A DNA stretch of 63,757 nt, counting the filler. It is 5 parts of 5 records of this genome, joined end to end, with 100 filler letters (N's around TTAATTAATTAA, not from the genome) between each part and the next. Parts side by side here need not be neighbours in the genome. Positions count along the whole stretch, not along the records: positions 1 to 25,096 come from DRR723986_2434; positions 25,197 to 39,240 come from DRR723986_2435; 3 more parts are not named here. One strand, 5' to 3'. The notes beneath the pieces are model-generated. The model searched no databases. It had not been told where the DNA came from and was given only the letters and a program-made list of their open reading frames with translations. Every line of letters begins with the position of its first letter. Position 1 is the first letter of the stretch. This document shows, in pieces, positions 19,922 through 30,007 of this stretch. Both the position numbers and the translations under genes were made by a program.

Positions 19922-20457
19922 GACTGGGTGGAACTCCGAATTTTTACCCTAGCCCCTGCGGGCCGGTTCGGGGCTCTCTTCCGCAATAACTGTTCCAGAC
20001 GCGGCTTTTCCCTCCCATGGCGAATTCTGGAGCGGGATGGTGTGGGGTTTTCCCCTTAGAGGGCATGAAACTTCCATCTCAGGCGAGTGACGCCATAGCA
20101 TGTTCGCGTGCCGGTTCTGCTTGGTTTCCCAAACGTGTCTCTCGACGGGACGACTGTGTGATTCGTGTTGACCGTTTTGCGCGGGGGGGGAGCCGGATCG
20201 CCAGATAAAATGTTCGGCGTGCCACCCGAAAAGGGGGCGAATCCACCTGACAAACGCTCAAAAGTACGGCGCGTCTTTTGCCTTTCGTGGCTTTCCGGCA
20301 ACGGATTTCCGGTTTGGACACAATTTACGGGTGAAACCCTTGCCGTCGGTAACCTTAAGGATACGAAAGGCATGCGAGAACACTCGCAAAGACTGGCGTT
20401 TCCTCCACTCACTTCAGCAGTCTTTCAAAAATCAACGTCCAAAGGGAGAGCGACCTC

Positions 20458-22995
20458 GTGTCTACATCCAATGCCTATTCGCGTGCGGGCTTCAAAGCCT
20501 TTCTCAGTTTCAGTGTCGGCCTGACGGCTCTGGCAGCCAGCCAGATTCCGGCCCACGCACAGGAAACGACCGACGAAGATGCGTCGCGCACGCTGCAAAC
20601 CGTCACCATCACCGCGACCAAGCGCGAACAGACGCTGCAGGACGTGCCGGTGGCCGTTTCCGTTGTCGACAGTTCCGTCATCGAGCAGGCGGAAATCGTC
20701 GACCTGAACGACCTTCAGTCGATCGTGCCGTCGCTGCGCATCGGACAGTTCCAGTCTTCGGCCAACACCAACTTCATTATTCGCGGCTTCGGCAATGGCG
20801 ATAACAATGCCGGCATCGAACCGTCGGTTGGTGTCTTTATCGATGGTGTGTACCGGTCTCGCTCGGCAGCCCAGATTTCCGACCTGCCGAACATCGAGCG
20901 CGTTGAGGTCCTGCGCGGTCCGCAGTCGACCCTGTTCGGCAAAAACGCCTCGGCGGGGGTGATCTCGATTGTCACTGAGAAGCCGCAATATGAATGGGGT
21001 GGATCGGCCGAAGCGACGGTTGGCAATTACAACATGTTCCGCGTGGCCGGAGATGTCACAGGCCCACTCGCCGAGAACATCGCCTTCAGCCTCGGCGCCA
21101 ACTACAATACGCGTGACGGTTACGCGGATGACCTGAATACGGGCGCCGACATCAACGACCGCAACCGCTGGGGCGTTCGCGGCCAGTTGCTGATCGAGCC
21201 GACCGAGGACCTCAGCTTCCGTATCATCGGTGACTTCGACAAGATCGATGAAACCTGCTGTGTGGCTGGCAATATCGTCAACGGCATGACCGGTGCGGCG
21301 ATCTTCGCGCTGGGCGGCCAGATCGATCCGGAGAACCCGTTCTCGTACGAAGTCTACAATAACCTCGACTCTTCCAACGACGTCGAAAACTCCGGCTTGT
21401 CGGTTCAGGCTGACTACGCGCTCGGGTTTGCGGATGTTACCTCCATCACGGCATACCGGTCGTCCAAGCTGAAGACCGACCAGGATTCGGACTTCACCAG
21501 CGCTGACCTGCTGGCCCGCAACGCCAACGATACGGACATCGATACCTTCACCCAGGAGATCCGCCTGACATCGACCGGCGACGGGGCCATCGACTGGATG
21601 GTCGGGGGTTTCTACTTCGATGAATCCGTCGATATCGAGAACCAGATTCTCTATGGTCAGGACATCCGGGGCTATATCGACTTCCTGTCCCAGGGCCTTC
21701 TGACCGGGCTTGAGCCGCTGGTTTTCGGCGTGCCGGAGGGCTTCTTCTTCCAGCCGGGGCAGGGGATGATCGAGGCGTACGGCCAGGACAACACGGCGTT
21801 CTCTCTGTTCGGCACGGTGGACTATCACGTGACCGACCGCCTGACCGCGACGCTTGGCCTGAACTATACGCAGGACAACAAGGACGCGTATGGCACGGTT
21901 GTGTCGACGGATACCTTCTCCGCGATCGATCTTGACCCGCTGTCGCCATTCATCTCTCAGGTGGCCACCGGCGCATTGCTCCTGCAGGCGGGTGTAGACC
22001 CGACCAGCCCGGCTCAGGTTGGTGCGTTTGCGGCGGCCTATCCGGACGTCTTTGCGACGATCCAGTCGACGGCAGCCGGGGCAACGTCCCAGCTGCAATT
22101 GCTGCAATTCTTCCCGCAATTCGTGAACTTCCCGAATGCAGTGGAAAGCGGCTCGACCAATGATGACGACACGACTTATACGCTGCGCCTCGCTTATGAC
22201 GCCACGGACAATATGAACGTGTACGCATCATATGCCACGGGCTTCAAGGCGTCGTCCTGGAACCTGTCGCGTGACAGCCGCCCGACCATGACGGGATATT
22301 CGAACCTTGTTGCGGCAGGCCTCAACCCGCCGAACCTGACAACAGGCACCCGGTTTGCCGGTCCCGAAGAGTCTGAAGTGTTCGAAATCGGTATGAAAGG
22401 CGCGTGGGACACATTCGCCATGAACGTGGCTGTGTTCGACCAGAAGATCAAAGGCTTCCAGTCCAACGTCTTTACGGGTACGGGCTTCGCGCTTGCGAAC
22501 GCCGGTGAGCAATCAACGCAGGGCCTGGAGCTCGACGCGACTTGGAATGCGACGGAGAACCTGACGCTCGGCTTCGCCGGCACATTCCTTGACCCGGTCT
22601 ATGACAGCTTCGAGAACTCCTCGGCGGGAGACATTTCCGGGGCTAAACCGGCGGCGATCTCCGAAGTGTCCACATCTGTCTCTGCGCTCTACACCTTCAA
22701 CTTTGAAGGCCTGGATGCATTCGTCCGCGGTGACTGGCAGCATGAAGGCCCGGCGACGTATCGCGATGACCCGGCTGAGCAGGCGATCATCGGCCAGGAA
22801 CGCAAGTATGATCTCTTCAACGCGTCTCTTGGCTTCACCTCCGAAAGCGGAATCAGCCTGACATTCTGGGGACGGAATATTTTCGACGAAGAGTACATCA
22901 TGGCGGCGTTCCCGGCTGTGGCGCAGCTCGGTTCGTTCTCCGGCTACCCGAACCAGCCGGCGACCTATGGTGTGACGGTTCGAAAGTCCTTCTAA
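20458..22995 (+). CDS. TonB-dependent receptor
   Basis: Signal peptide, TonB box TVTITATKRE, plug motif IERVEVLRGPQSTLFGKN, C-terminal YGVTVRKSF. Confidence 0.95.
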   Translation: MSTSNAYSRAGFKAFLSFSVGLTALAASQIPAHAQETTDEDASRTLQTVTITATKREQTLQDVPVAVSVVDSSVIEQAEIVDLNDLQSIVPSLRIGQFQSSANTNFIIRGFGNGDNNAGIEPSVGVFIDGVYRSRSAAQISDLPNIERVEVLRGPQSTLFGKNASAGVISIVTEKPQYEWGGSAEATVGNYNMFRVAGDVTGPLAENIAFSLGANYNTRDGYADDLNTGADINDRNRWGVRGQLLIEPTEDLSFRIIGDFDKIDETCCVAGNIVNGMTGAAIFALGGQIDPENPFSYEVYNNLDSSNDVENSGLSVQADYALGFADVTSITAYRSSKLKTDQDSDFTSADLLARNANDTDIDTFTQEIRLTSTGDGAIDWMVGGFYFDESVDIENQILYGQDIRGYIDFLSQGLLTGLEPLVFGVPEGFFFQPGQGMIEAYGQDNTAFSLFGTVDYHVTDRLTATLGLNYTQDNKDAYGTVVSTDTFSAIDLDPLSPFISQVATGALLLQAGVDPTSPAQVGAFAAAYPDVFATIQSTAAGATSQLQLLQFFPQFVNFPNAVESGSTNDDDTTYTLRLAYDATDNMNVYASYATGFKASSWNLSRDSRPTMTGYSNLVAAGLNPPNLTTGTRFAGPEESEVFEIGMKGAWDTFAMNVAVFDQKIKGFQSNVFTGTGFALANAGEQSTQGLELDATWNATENLTLGFAGTFLDPVYDSFENSSAGDISGAKPAAISEVSTSVSALYTFNFEGLDAFVRGDWQHEGPATYRDDPAEQAIIGQERKYDLFNASLGFTSESGISLTFWGRNIFDEEYIMAAFPAVAQLGSFSGYPNQPATYGVTVRKSF

Positions 22996-23018
22996 GCGTC
23001 ACCGCAGTCTTCTTATGG

Positions 23019-23047
23019 AAAGCCCCGCCGATCGGCGGGGCTTTTTT
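23019..23047 (+). terminator. Intrinsic terminator after TonB receptor
   Basis: AAAGCCCCGCCGATCGGCGGGGCTTTTTT. Confidence 0.85.
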
Positions 23048-23143
23048 ATTGGTCTGCCCGCCGCCGTGACCGCTGGTCATCAAGGCTGTGGCCGTCTAGC
23101 CTGACCGGGTTGTTGTTCCACAGACAAGGTCCGATTCCTTCCC

Positions 23144-23833
23144 GTGACGCGCGCATCCAGGACGCCTCCTGTTATAGAAGCCCCGCCCGCGGTGACCGGC
23201 CTCGCCGGCCTCATCATCCTGGCGCACGCCGTTCGCGTTTTCTCTCCGTCCAGCTGGCAGGGCTTTGTATTGCCTCTGGGCGTGCTCCAACCGGACAGGT
23301 TCTGGGCGTCCATGGGTGCGGGGGCGCAAGGCGCATTGCCCTACAACGCTCCTGTAGAGGCTTTGGTGCCGCTTCTGGCGAGTGCCTTGCTTCATGATGG
23401 CTGGGCGGGCGCCATCCTGAATGCGGCATTGATCGTGATATTCGGGCGGTTGGTGCACGCGTCTCTCTCTATAGGCCGGAAAAGCGGGGCGATTCCTTTC
23501 CTTGTCGTGTTCATTGTGTCCGTGGTGGGCGGTTCGCTTTTCCACCTGATGACCCAATATCCGGCCGGAACCGGCCTGATCGGGGCGTCTGGCGGCGCCA
23601 GCGGCCTGTTTGCGGCCTGGGTACTGATACAGGAAGGGCGGGGCGGGCAGATCCTGTCGAAGCGATTCCTGATGGTCTTCCTGTTCTTCGCCGCCGTGAA
23701 TCTGGCGTTGTGGCTGATGGGGCCGTCGCTGTTAGGGGCCAGAATCAGCTGGCAGGCGCATCTGGGCGGCTTCCTTGCGGGGGCGGTGATGTTCCAGGTT
23801 TACCGGGCGCAAAGGCCCCGTTCGCAATTCTGA
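23144..23833 (+). CDS. Rhomboid family intramembrane serine protease
   Basis: GASG catalytic Ser, AHLGG catalytic His, multiple TM helices. Confidence 0.85.
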   Translation: MTRASRTPPVIEAPPAVTGLAGLIILAHAVRVFSPSSWQGFVLPLGVLQPDRFWASMGAGAQGALPYNAPVEALVPLLASALLHDGWAGAILNAALIVIFGRLVHASLSIGRKSGAIPFLVVFIVSVVGGSLFHLMTQYPAGTGLIGASGGASGLFAAWVLIQEGRGGQILSKRFLMVFLFFAAVNLALWLMGPSLLGARISWQAHLGGFLAGAVMFQVYRAQRPRSQF

Positions 23834-23911
23834 TCGCCGGAATGCCGCCTTTATGGTAGGTTTCCGTAACGGCGAGGCCGGCCAGCGGTCCGCACATAAT
23901 GGAGGACGCGC

Positions 23912-24346
23912 ATGACAATAGACCAGATACTGAATGACAAAGGGCGCGAAATTATCTCGGTGAAGGCTGATTCGACCCTCTCCGAAGCTGCCCGGATCCT
24001 GGATGAAAAAAGAATAGGCGCAGTGGTGGCACTGGGCGACGGTGGAGAGATCGTGGGGGTTCTTTCCGAACGCGACATTGTTCGCCACGTCGCACGCAAC
24101 GGTGCGGCGGCCCTTAATATCCATGTCGGCGACGCCATGACCCGCGATGTCATCACCATTGTATCGACCACGAAAGTGGATGATGCGATGCAATTGATGA
24201 CAGATCGGCGAGTCAGACACTTGCCGGTTTTGCGCAACGACCGTCTGATTGGCGTCGTTTCCATTGGTGATCTGGTGAAATGGAAGATCGCCGAGACAGA
24301 AGCCGAAGCCGAAGCGATGAAATCCTACATCGCGACACAATACTGA
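23912..24346 (+). CDS. CBS domain pair protein
   Basis: IGAVVAL, GVLSERDIV, MTDRRVRHLPV, GVVSIGDLVK. Confidence 0.92.
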   Translation: MTIDQILNDKGREIISVKADSTLSEAARILDEKRIGAVVALGDGGEIVGVLSERDIVRHVARNGAAALNIHVGDAMTRDVITIVSTTKVDDAMQLMTDRRVRHLPVLRNDRLIGVVSIGDLVKWKIAETEAEAEAMKSYIATQY

Positions 24347-24553
24347 TTTTACAAGGCTCTAGCTTTTTAGGGCTCGAATTTCGGCGCTAATGCATGGCCG
24401 CTCTGCAGTGAAATCGCATTATTTCTTGCGATTTGCTGCAGAAGGGGGTTGCGGGCACCCCGTGCCTTGAGTATCTCCCGGCCTCCGCTGAAGACGCCCT
24501 CGGGTTTCGGAAGCGGGCCCGCCAAAAAGGCTTCTGGGAAGTGCAAAAAGAGC

Positions 24554-24733
24554 TTGCAGCTCGGACCGAACAGAAGCTATATAGGCGGTTCCTCAAAACG
24601 CTCGGAAATAACGGGCCGGTCACCGGTCAGGGATTTCTTTTGCGCTAAAAATCTGGCGGTTCCACGGTTAAAACCGGAAACTGCAGAAGGCGCAAAAAAG
24701 GGTGTTGACGGGGAAAACGGCGGCCCATATAAG
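24554..24733 (+). promoter_or_regulatory. Tandem sigma70 rRNA operon promoters
   Basis: TTGACG(24705)-N17-TATAAG(24728) preceded by an A-tract. Upstream TTGCAG(24554)...TATATA(24578). BoxA-like GCTGTTTGACA near 24790. Confidence 0.7.
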
Positions 24734-25049
24734 CCGCCACTTCCGGACGGGGCCGCGGGCTTCTGAAGGGTTTCGGAACTCCGGTTCCAGCTGTTTGACA
24801 TCGTAAGAGATTAAGGAAGAGAAACGCAGGCGGCGTGATGGCTTGCGAACCTCGCCAGAGAGCAATCGACGGCAGGTTCATACGATCACGACGGATGCGT
24901 TTCTTGAGAGAAAATTCTTTTATCCATCGAATGGGTTTCGGCCCGTTCTTTGTGACAAAGGGTTTCTCGTCAAAAGAACGCAATACTTATGCTTAACAGC
25001 TTGAGTGACCGTCCATATTCCAATGGATGGTTTCGTCAGATCAACACTC

Positions 25050-25096
25050 AACTTGAGAGTTTGATTCTGGCTCAGAACGAACGCTGGCGGCAGGCC
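25050..25096 (+). rRNA. rrs: 16S rRNA 5' end (truncated by contig end)
   Basis: AACTTGAGAGTTTGATTCTGGCTCAGAACGAACGCTGGCGGCAGGCC, the alphaproteobacterial 16S start. Confidence 0.95.
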
Positions 25097-25196
25097 NNNN
25101 NNNNNNNNNNNNNNNNNNNNNNNNNNNNNNNNNNNNNNNNTTAATTAATTAANNNNNNNNNNNNNNNNNNNNNNNNNNNNNNNNNNNNNNNNNNNN
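25097..25196. other. Artificial contig linker
   Basis: 44 N + TTAATTAATTAA + 44 N; abrupt change from high-GC to low-GC sequence. Confidence 0.97.
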
Positions 25197-25220
25197 TATA
25201 GAAAGGATATAGGTTTTGAC

Positions 25221-25448
25221 TTATAGGTAAGAGTGTGCCGTAACACTTTTATCTTCCTCATTGTTAGAGTTGTACTTGGCTAATTGCATCATCCAATAAA
25301 CAAAGGCAACAAAACCGATAAGCATAAATATCCACGAAAGTGCGTTAGCAGCAAACCAATTATCTAGCTCTAATGATCTTAAGGCATCAAAGGGAGCAAA
25401 TAACACACCTACAAATAAATCCTCTATTCCGTAAAAGAAATCCTTCAT
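25221..25448 (-). CDS. Small membrane protein (Flavobacteriaceae DUF6341-like)
   Basis: 75 aa, one TM helix; TATTTTTG Bacteroidota -7 element upstream on the minus strand. Confidence 0.75.
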   Translation of the reverse strand: MKDFFYGIEDLFVGVLFAPFDALRSLELDNWFAANALSWIFMLIGFVAFVYWMMQLAKYNSNNEEDKSVTAHSYL

Positions 25449-25488
25449 AACTTTATAAATTTACAAAGCAAAAATACAAAAAGAGTTA

Positions 25489-26406
25489 ATGATTACAAGC
25501 ATTTTTAGTAAATCTAAACCTATAAACTTCATTCTGGTTGCTGTTTTTATAATTCTACTATTTGTAATATCCAGTTACTCAACCTTATTTATTGAGTTTA
25601 ATACTACAGTTGAGTCTTTTCTAAAGCTTTTTGTGACGCTATTTCTAGTGTTTGTTCTGGATTTTATAATTTCTAAAAACAATCTTACACAAAAAAATAG
25701 TTATGCAATTATGACATTTGGCTTGTTGTTTGGTATGTTCCCTGAAGCCTTAAAATATTCGGATTTGTTGTTTTCTAACTTGTTTGTTGTTTTTGCGATC
25801 AGACGATTAATTAGCATGCATTCAAAACTACATATCAAAAAGAAGTTATTTGATGCTGGTTTTTGGATTGCATTTGCAACCTTATTTTATTTCTGGTCTA
25901 TTCTGTTTTTTTCTTTGGTAATTGTAGCGCTCATTTATTACGCACAAAACGATATTAAAAACGCAATCATCCCAATAGTTGGGTTAGTTACAGTATTAGT
26001 ATTGTTGATTATTTATAATATTATTTTTTTTGATGCCTATATAAGGCCATCAAACTTTAGTAGAGAGGCAAGTGTAGTTTTTACCGCCTATAATACCAAT
26101 GAAAGTATTCTGAAGTTTACGGTTTTATTTACTTCTTTCGTTTGGACTTTAATTTATTATTTCAGGATTTTACCAGATAAGAGTAAAAAGTTAAGGCCTT
26201 CTTATTTTATTATTGCTTGGGCAGCCGTTATTGCTATACTAGTCGCAATTATTTCGCCAAGCAAAAATGGGAGTGAGTTTGTGTTCCTATTTGTTCCATT
26301 TTCAATAATAATGGCAAATTATATTGAAATTATATCAGAACGTTGGTTCAAAGAAGTTTTTGTGGCCTTATTTATTATTATTCCTATAGTAAGTCTAGTT
26401 CTGTAA
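25489..26406 (+). CDS. Polytopic membrane protein (DUF6427-like)
   Basis: 305 aa, highly hydrophobic; KKKLFDAGFW motif. Confidence 0.75.
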   Translation: MITSIFSKSKPINFILVAVFIILLFVISSYSTLFIEFNTTVESFLKLFVTLFLVFVLDFIISKNNLTQKNSYAIMTFGLLFGMFPEALKYSDLLFSNLFVVFAIRRLISMHSKLHIKKKLFDAGFWIAFATLFYFWSILFFSLVIVALIYYAQNDIKNAIIPIVGLVTVLVLLIIYNIIFFDAYIRPSNFSREASVVFTAYNTNESILKFTVLFTSFVWTLIYYFRILPDKSKKLRPSYFIIAWAAVIAILVAIISPSKNGSEFVFLFVPFSIIMANYIEIISERWFKEVFVALFIIIPIVSLVL

Positions 26407-27054
26407 TTTATTTCCAAATGCTAAATCGCCAGCATCACCCAAACCAGGAATAATATACCCTTTTTCATTTAAGGTTTTGTCCACAGTAGCAATCCATAAA
26501 TGAGTATCTGAATCAAAATTATTACAAACAAAATCAACACCAGTTTGAGCACCAATAACGCTCACTAAATGTATTTCTTTAGGCTTACCAAAAGGCTTTA
26601 AGGCTTCAAATGTAGCTACCATGGATTGTCCTGTTGCAAGCATAGGATCTGCAAGTATAAGCGTTTTGCCTTCTAAACTAGGACATGCCAAATATTCAAC
26701 AATTATTTCAAAACTTTCAGGATCATGTTTATGTTGTCTATACGCAGAAATAAAAGCATTCTCTGCTGCATCAAAATAATTTAAAAGACCATTATGTAAA
26801 GGAACACCTGCCCTTAAAATAGAACAAAGTACAATGTTATTATTGATTAAGTCAGTGTCAGAAAACCCTAAAGGTGTTTCGGTTTTATGAGCCTTAAAAT
26901 CTAATAATTTGCTCATTTCATATCCTAATATTTCACCAATGCGTTCAATATTGCGTCTAAAACGCATACTATCTTTTTGAATGGTTTTATCTCTAATTTC
27001 TGAAATAAATGTATTTAATATTGAAGGCGTATTTGAGAGATTATGAATATGCAT
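26395..27054 (-). CDS. upp: Uracil phosphoribosyltransferase
   Basis: SILRAG, DPMLATGQS PRPP loop, YIIPGLGDAGD. Confidence 0.95.
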   Translation of the reverse strand: MHIHNLSNTPSILNTFISEIRDKTIQKDSMRFRRNIERIGEILGYEMSKLLDFKAHKTETPLGFSDTDLINNNIVLCSILRAGVPLHNGLLNYFDAAENAFISAYRQHKHDPESFEIIVEYLACPSLEGKTLILADPMLATGQSMVATFEALKPFGKPKEIHLVSVIGAQTGVDFVCNNFDSDTHLWIATVDKTLNEKGYIIPGLGDAGDLAFGNKLQN

Positions 27055-27124
27055 ATATGCGTCTTTAGATGAATGGCTAAGTTAATAATTCAAACTATAT
27101 TTGCATATTCTAAATTTGTTCAAA

Positions 27125-27733
27125 ATGTTTTCAGACAAAGCCAACACCATATTTCAAGACGTAATTAAGACTTACAAGGTTTTAAATACAGTAGATCAAC
27201 CGTTTAATAATAAGCATGACAAGAATGATGACCTAATCGCACATTTACTATATAGAAAATGTTGGATTGACACAGTGCAATGGGCCTATGAAGACATTAT
27301 TAGAGACCCAAACATAGATCCTGTTGCTGCTTTAAAACTTAAACGCAAGATTGATGCATCTAACCAAGACAGAACAGATACTGTTGAATATATCGATAGT
27401 TACTTTCTTGAAAAACACAAGGATGTTGAGGTAAAGTCAGATGCAAAAATTAATTCTGAAAGTCCGGCTTGGGCAATTGACAGATTATCAATTTTGGCAC
27501 TAAAGATTTATCATATGCACCTAGAAACAGTCAGGGAAGACGCTTCAGATTCGCATAAAGATGCCTGCCAGAAAAAGCTTGATGTTCTTTTAGAGCAGCG
27601 AGGAGACCTAAGTGCTGCCATAGACGATTTGCTAAATGATATTGCAAATGGAGACAAGTATATGAAAGTTTATAAGCAAATGAAGATGTACAATGATGAT
27701 GAGTTAAACCCAGTATTGAGAGGGCAAAAATAA
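27125..27733 (+). CDS. DUF4254 family protein
   Basis: IDTVQW..EDIIRDP, KRKIDASNQDRTD, ESPAWAIDRLSILALK, YKQMKMYND. TATATTTG promoter element at 27096. Confidence 0.85.
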   Translation: MFSDKANTIFQDVIKTYKVLNTVDQPFNNKHDKNDDLIAHLLYRKCWIDTVQWAYEDIIRDPNIDPVAALKLKRKIDASNQDRTDTVEYIDSYFLEKHKDVEVKSDAKINSESPAWAIDRLSILALKIYHMHLETVREDASDSHKDACQKKLDVLLEQRGDLSAAIDDLLNDIANGDKYMKVYKQMKMYNDDELNPVLRGQK

Positions 27734-27777
27734 TTTATCATCCTGAACATGTTTCAGGATCTCACATTCTGAAATAA

Positions 27778-28800
27778 ATGTCAAACCCAAAACACATACT
27801 CGTAATTCGGTTTTCTGCAATGGGAGATGTCGCTATGACCGTTCCTGTATTGCGAGCATTAATAGAACAAAATTCTGATTTAAAAGTTACTGTAGTTACA
27901 CGCGCATTTTTTAAGCCATTTTTTCAAGATTTGGAAAATGTTGAGGTTTATGAAGCAGATTTAAAAGGAAAACACAAAGGGGTTTTAGGGCTTTATAAAC
28001 TTTCAAAAGAGTTAAAACAATTACAGTTTGATGCTATTGCAGATTTACATAATGTTTTACGCAGTAAAATTTTGAAGTTGTTCTTATTTGGCAAAAGAGT
28101 CGCGCAATTAGATAAAGGCAGAAATGAGAAGAAAGCTTTAATCTCTGGTAAAATTTTTCAGCAACTTAAGACCACACATCAACGTTACGCAGATGTATTT
28201 AAAAAACTCGGCTATCTTGTTGATTTATATCAACCTAAATTTCCTGTAAAGAAAAATTTATCTTCAGAATTAGAACAGTTCGTTACAAATTCCAATTATA
28301 AAACTATTGGTATTGCACCTTTTGCTGCGCATAAGAGTAAAATGTATCCCTTAGATAAAATGGAACGTATTATTGAAGCGCTTTCAGAAAGTAGCAATAT
28401 TGTTCTATTTGGAGGCGGTAAGAAAGAGATAGAAATACTAAATACTTTTGACAACAATTTCAACAATGTAGTTTCTGTTGCTGGTAAATTAAAATTAGAA
28501 GAAGAACTATCCCTGATATCTAATTTAGACCTTATGTTATCAATGGATTCTGGTAATGCACATTTAGCGGCAATGCTAGGTATAAAGGTAATTACAATTT
28601 GGGGAGTTACTCATCCATATACTGGTTTTGCTCCATTTAATCAACCTTTTGATAATGCATTAGTGGCAGACAGAGAAACTTACCCTTTAATTCCTACTTC
28701 TGTTTATGGGAATAATTTCCCAGAGGGTTATGAAAATGCAGCAGGAAGCATTGCTGTAAGTGAAATTGTTTCAAAAGTTAAGTCAGTCATTAAAGTTTAG
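27778..28800 (+). CDS. Glycosyltransferase family 9 (heptosyltransferase-like)
   Basis: RFSAMGDVA, DLH, SMDSGNAHLAA, TIWGVTHP. Confidence 0.92.
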   Translation: MSNPKHILVIRFSAMGDVAMTVPVLRALIEQNSDLKVTVVTRAFFKPFFQDLENVEVYEADLKGKHKGVLGLYKLSKELKQLQFDAIADLHNVLRSKILKLFLFGKRVAQLDKGRNEKKALISGKIFQQLKTTHQRYADVFKKLGYLVDLYQPKFPVKKNLSSELEQFVTNSNYKTIGIAPFAAHKSKMYPLDKMERIIEALSESSNIVLFGGGKKEIEILNTFDNNFNNVVSVAGKLKLEEELSLISNLDLMLSMDSGNAHLAAMLGIKVITIWGVTHPYTGFAPFNQPFDNALVADRETYPLIPTSVYGNNFPEGYENAAGSIAVSEIVSKVKSVIKV

Positions 28801-28845
28801 ACTGTCTTAGTAATTCTCACTACTTAAAAATAAAACCAATATAGA

Positions 28846-29901
28846 TTACACGTCATCATAGTCAACTACAATGGTTGATGATGTTGGGTGTGCTTGACAA
28901 GTCAATACTAATCCTTCTGCTACTTCATTATCAGTAAGTATGTTGTTTTGACGCATAGATACTTCACCTTCTGTAATTCTTGCAATACAGCTACTACATA
29001 TTCCGCCTTGGCAAGAATAAGGAGCGTCTATATCTTGTTTTAATGTAGCTTCGAGTATAGATTGCTCTTTAGACATTTCAAATTCAAAATCTTCATCATC
29101 TACGAGTACTTTAATTTTAGTATGACCACTTGGGACTTCTAAATTAGAAGCTTCAACCGCAACAGGTGCCATAAATAATTCAAATAGAATATTTTTTTCT
29201 TTTATATTATTTTCAACTAAGACATCCTTTACTGTATGAATCATTTGTTCTGGTCCACAGAGATAATATTTTTCAATAGTAACTTCTTTATATTTATTCT
29301 TTACTATGAGATTTACCGTACTTTTTTCAATACGACCAAATAAAGCATCTTCTTCTCTAGATTGACTGTAAATAAAATGTATGTGTAAACGATTACCATA
29401 GGTGTTTTTTAACGCCATTAGGTCATTAAAGAACATGGTATCATCAACAGTCTTATTCCCATAAACCAAAATAAAATTACTAAACGGTTCCTCTTCCAAA
29501 AGGGTTTTTGCAATACTTAAAATGGGTGTAATACCACTACCAGCGGCAAATGCAGCTATAGTTCTGGTTTTAGCCTCATTAGCCTCAAATACAAAGCGAC
29601 CATTAGGTTCAGCGACCTCGATAGTGTCTCCGGCATTTAGTTCTTTATTGGCATAAACAGAAAAAGTCCCACCTTCTACAGCCTTTACTCCAACGGTTAA
29701 CTCTCCGCTGCCTTTAGAAGAGCAAATAGAGTAATCTCGTCGTACTTCCTCACCATTAATATTAGTTTTTAAAGTTATATACTGGCCTGCATTAAAAGCA
29801 AAAGCACTTTTTAAATGATCAGGAATGTCAAAAGTAAGAGCAACAGATTGCTTAGTTATCTGTTCTATTGATTTTATATTTAGAGTGTGGAATTGTGCCA
29901 T
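28846..29901 (-). CDS. FAD/NAD oxidoreductase with C-terminal 2Fe-2S ferredoxin (PaaE-like)
   Basis: RDYSICS, AAGSGITP, YLCGP, CQGGICSSC...LTC. Confidence 0.9.
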   Translation of the reverse strand: MAQFHTLNIKSIEQITKQSVALTFDIPDHLKSAFAFNAGQYITLKTNINGEEVRRDYSICSSKGSGELTVGVKAVEGGTFSVYANKELNAGDTIEVAEPNGRFVFEANEAKTRTIAAFAAGSGITPILSIAKTLLEEEPFSNFILVYGNKTVDDTMFFNDLMALKNTYGNRLHIHFIYSQSREEDALFGRIEKSTVNLIVKNKYKEVTIEKYYLCGPEQMIHTVKDVLVENNIKEKNILFELFMAPVAVEASNLEVPSGHTKIKVLVDDEDFEFEMSKEQSILEATLKQDIDAPYSCQGGICSSCIARITEGEVSMRQNNILTDNEVAEGLVLTCQAHPTSSTIVVDYDDV

Positions 29902-30007
29902 TACAATAATTTTTATGCAAAAATAAGGAAGCGTAGATATAAACTTATCTTTGTTTGTAACAAATTAACAATTAAGTTTACTGATAGAAAAAACTAACCA
30001 AAACGCT

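Noticed and set aside
19922-20457. Cobalamin or TPP riboswitch ahead of the TonB receptor
   Set aside because: Only short hairpins (TGCGAG/CTCGCA, AAAGACTG/CAGTCTTT); no B12-box or TPP consensus recognised.
24387-24983. Short ORFs upstream of 16S
   Set aside because: The region is explained by rrn promoters and leader.
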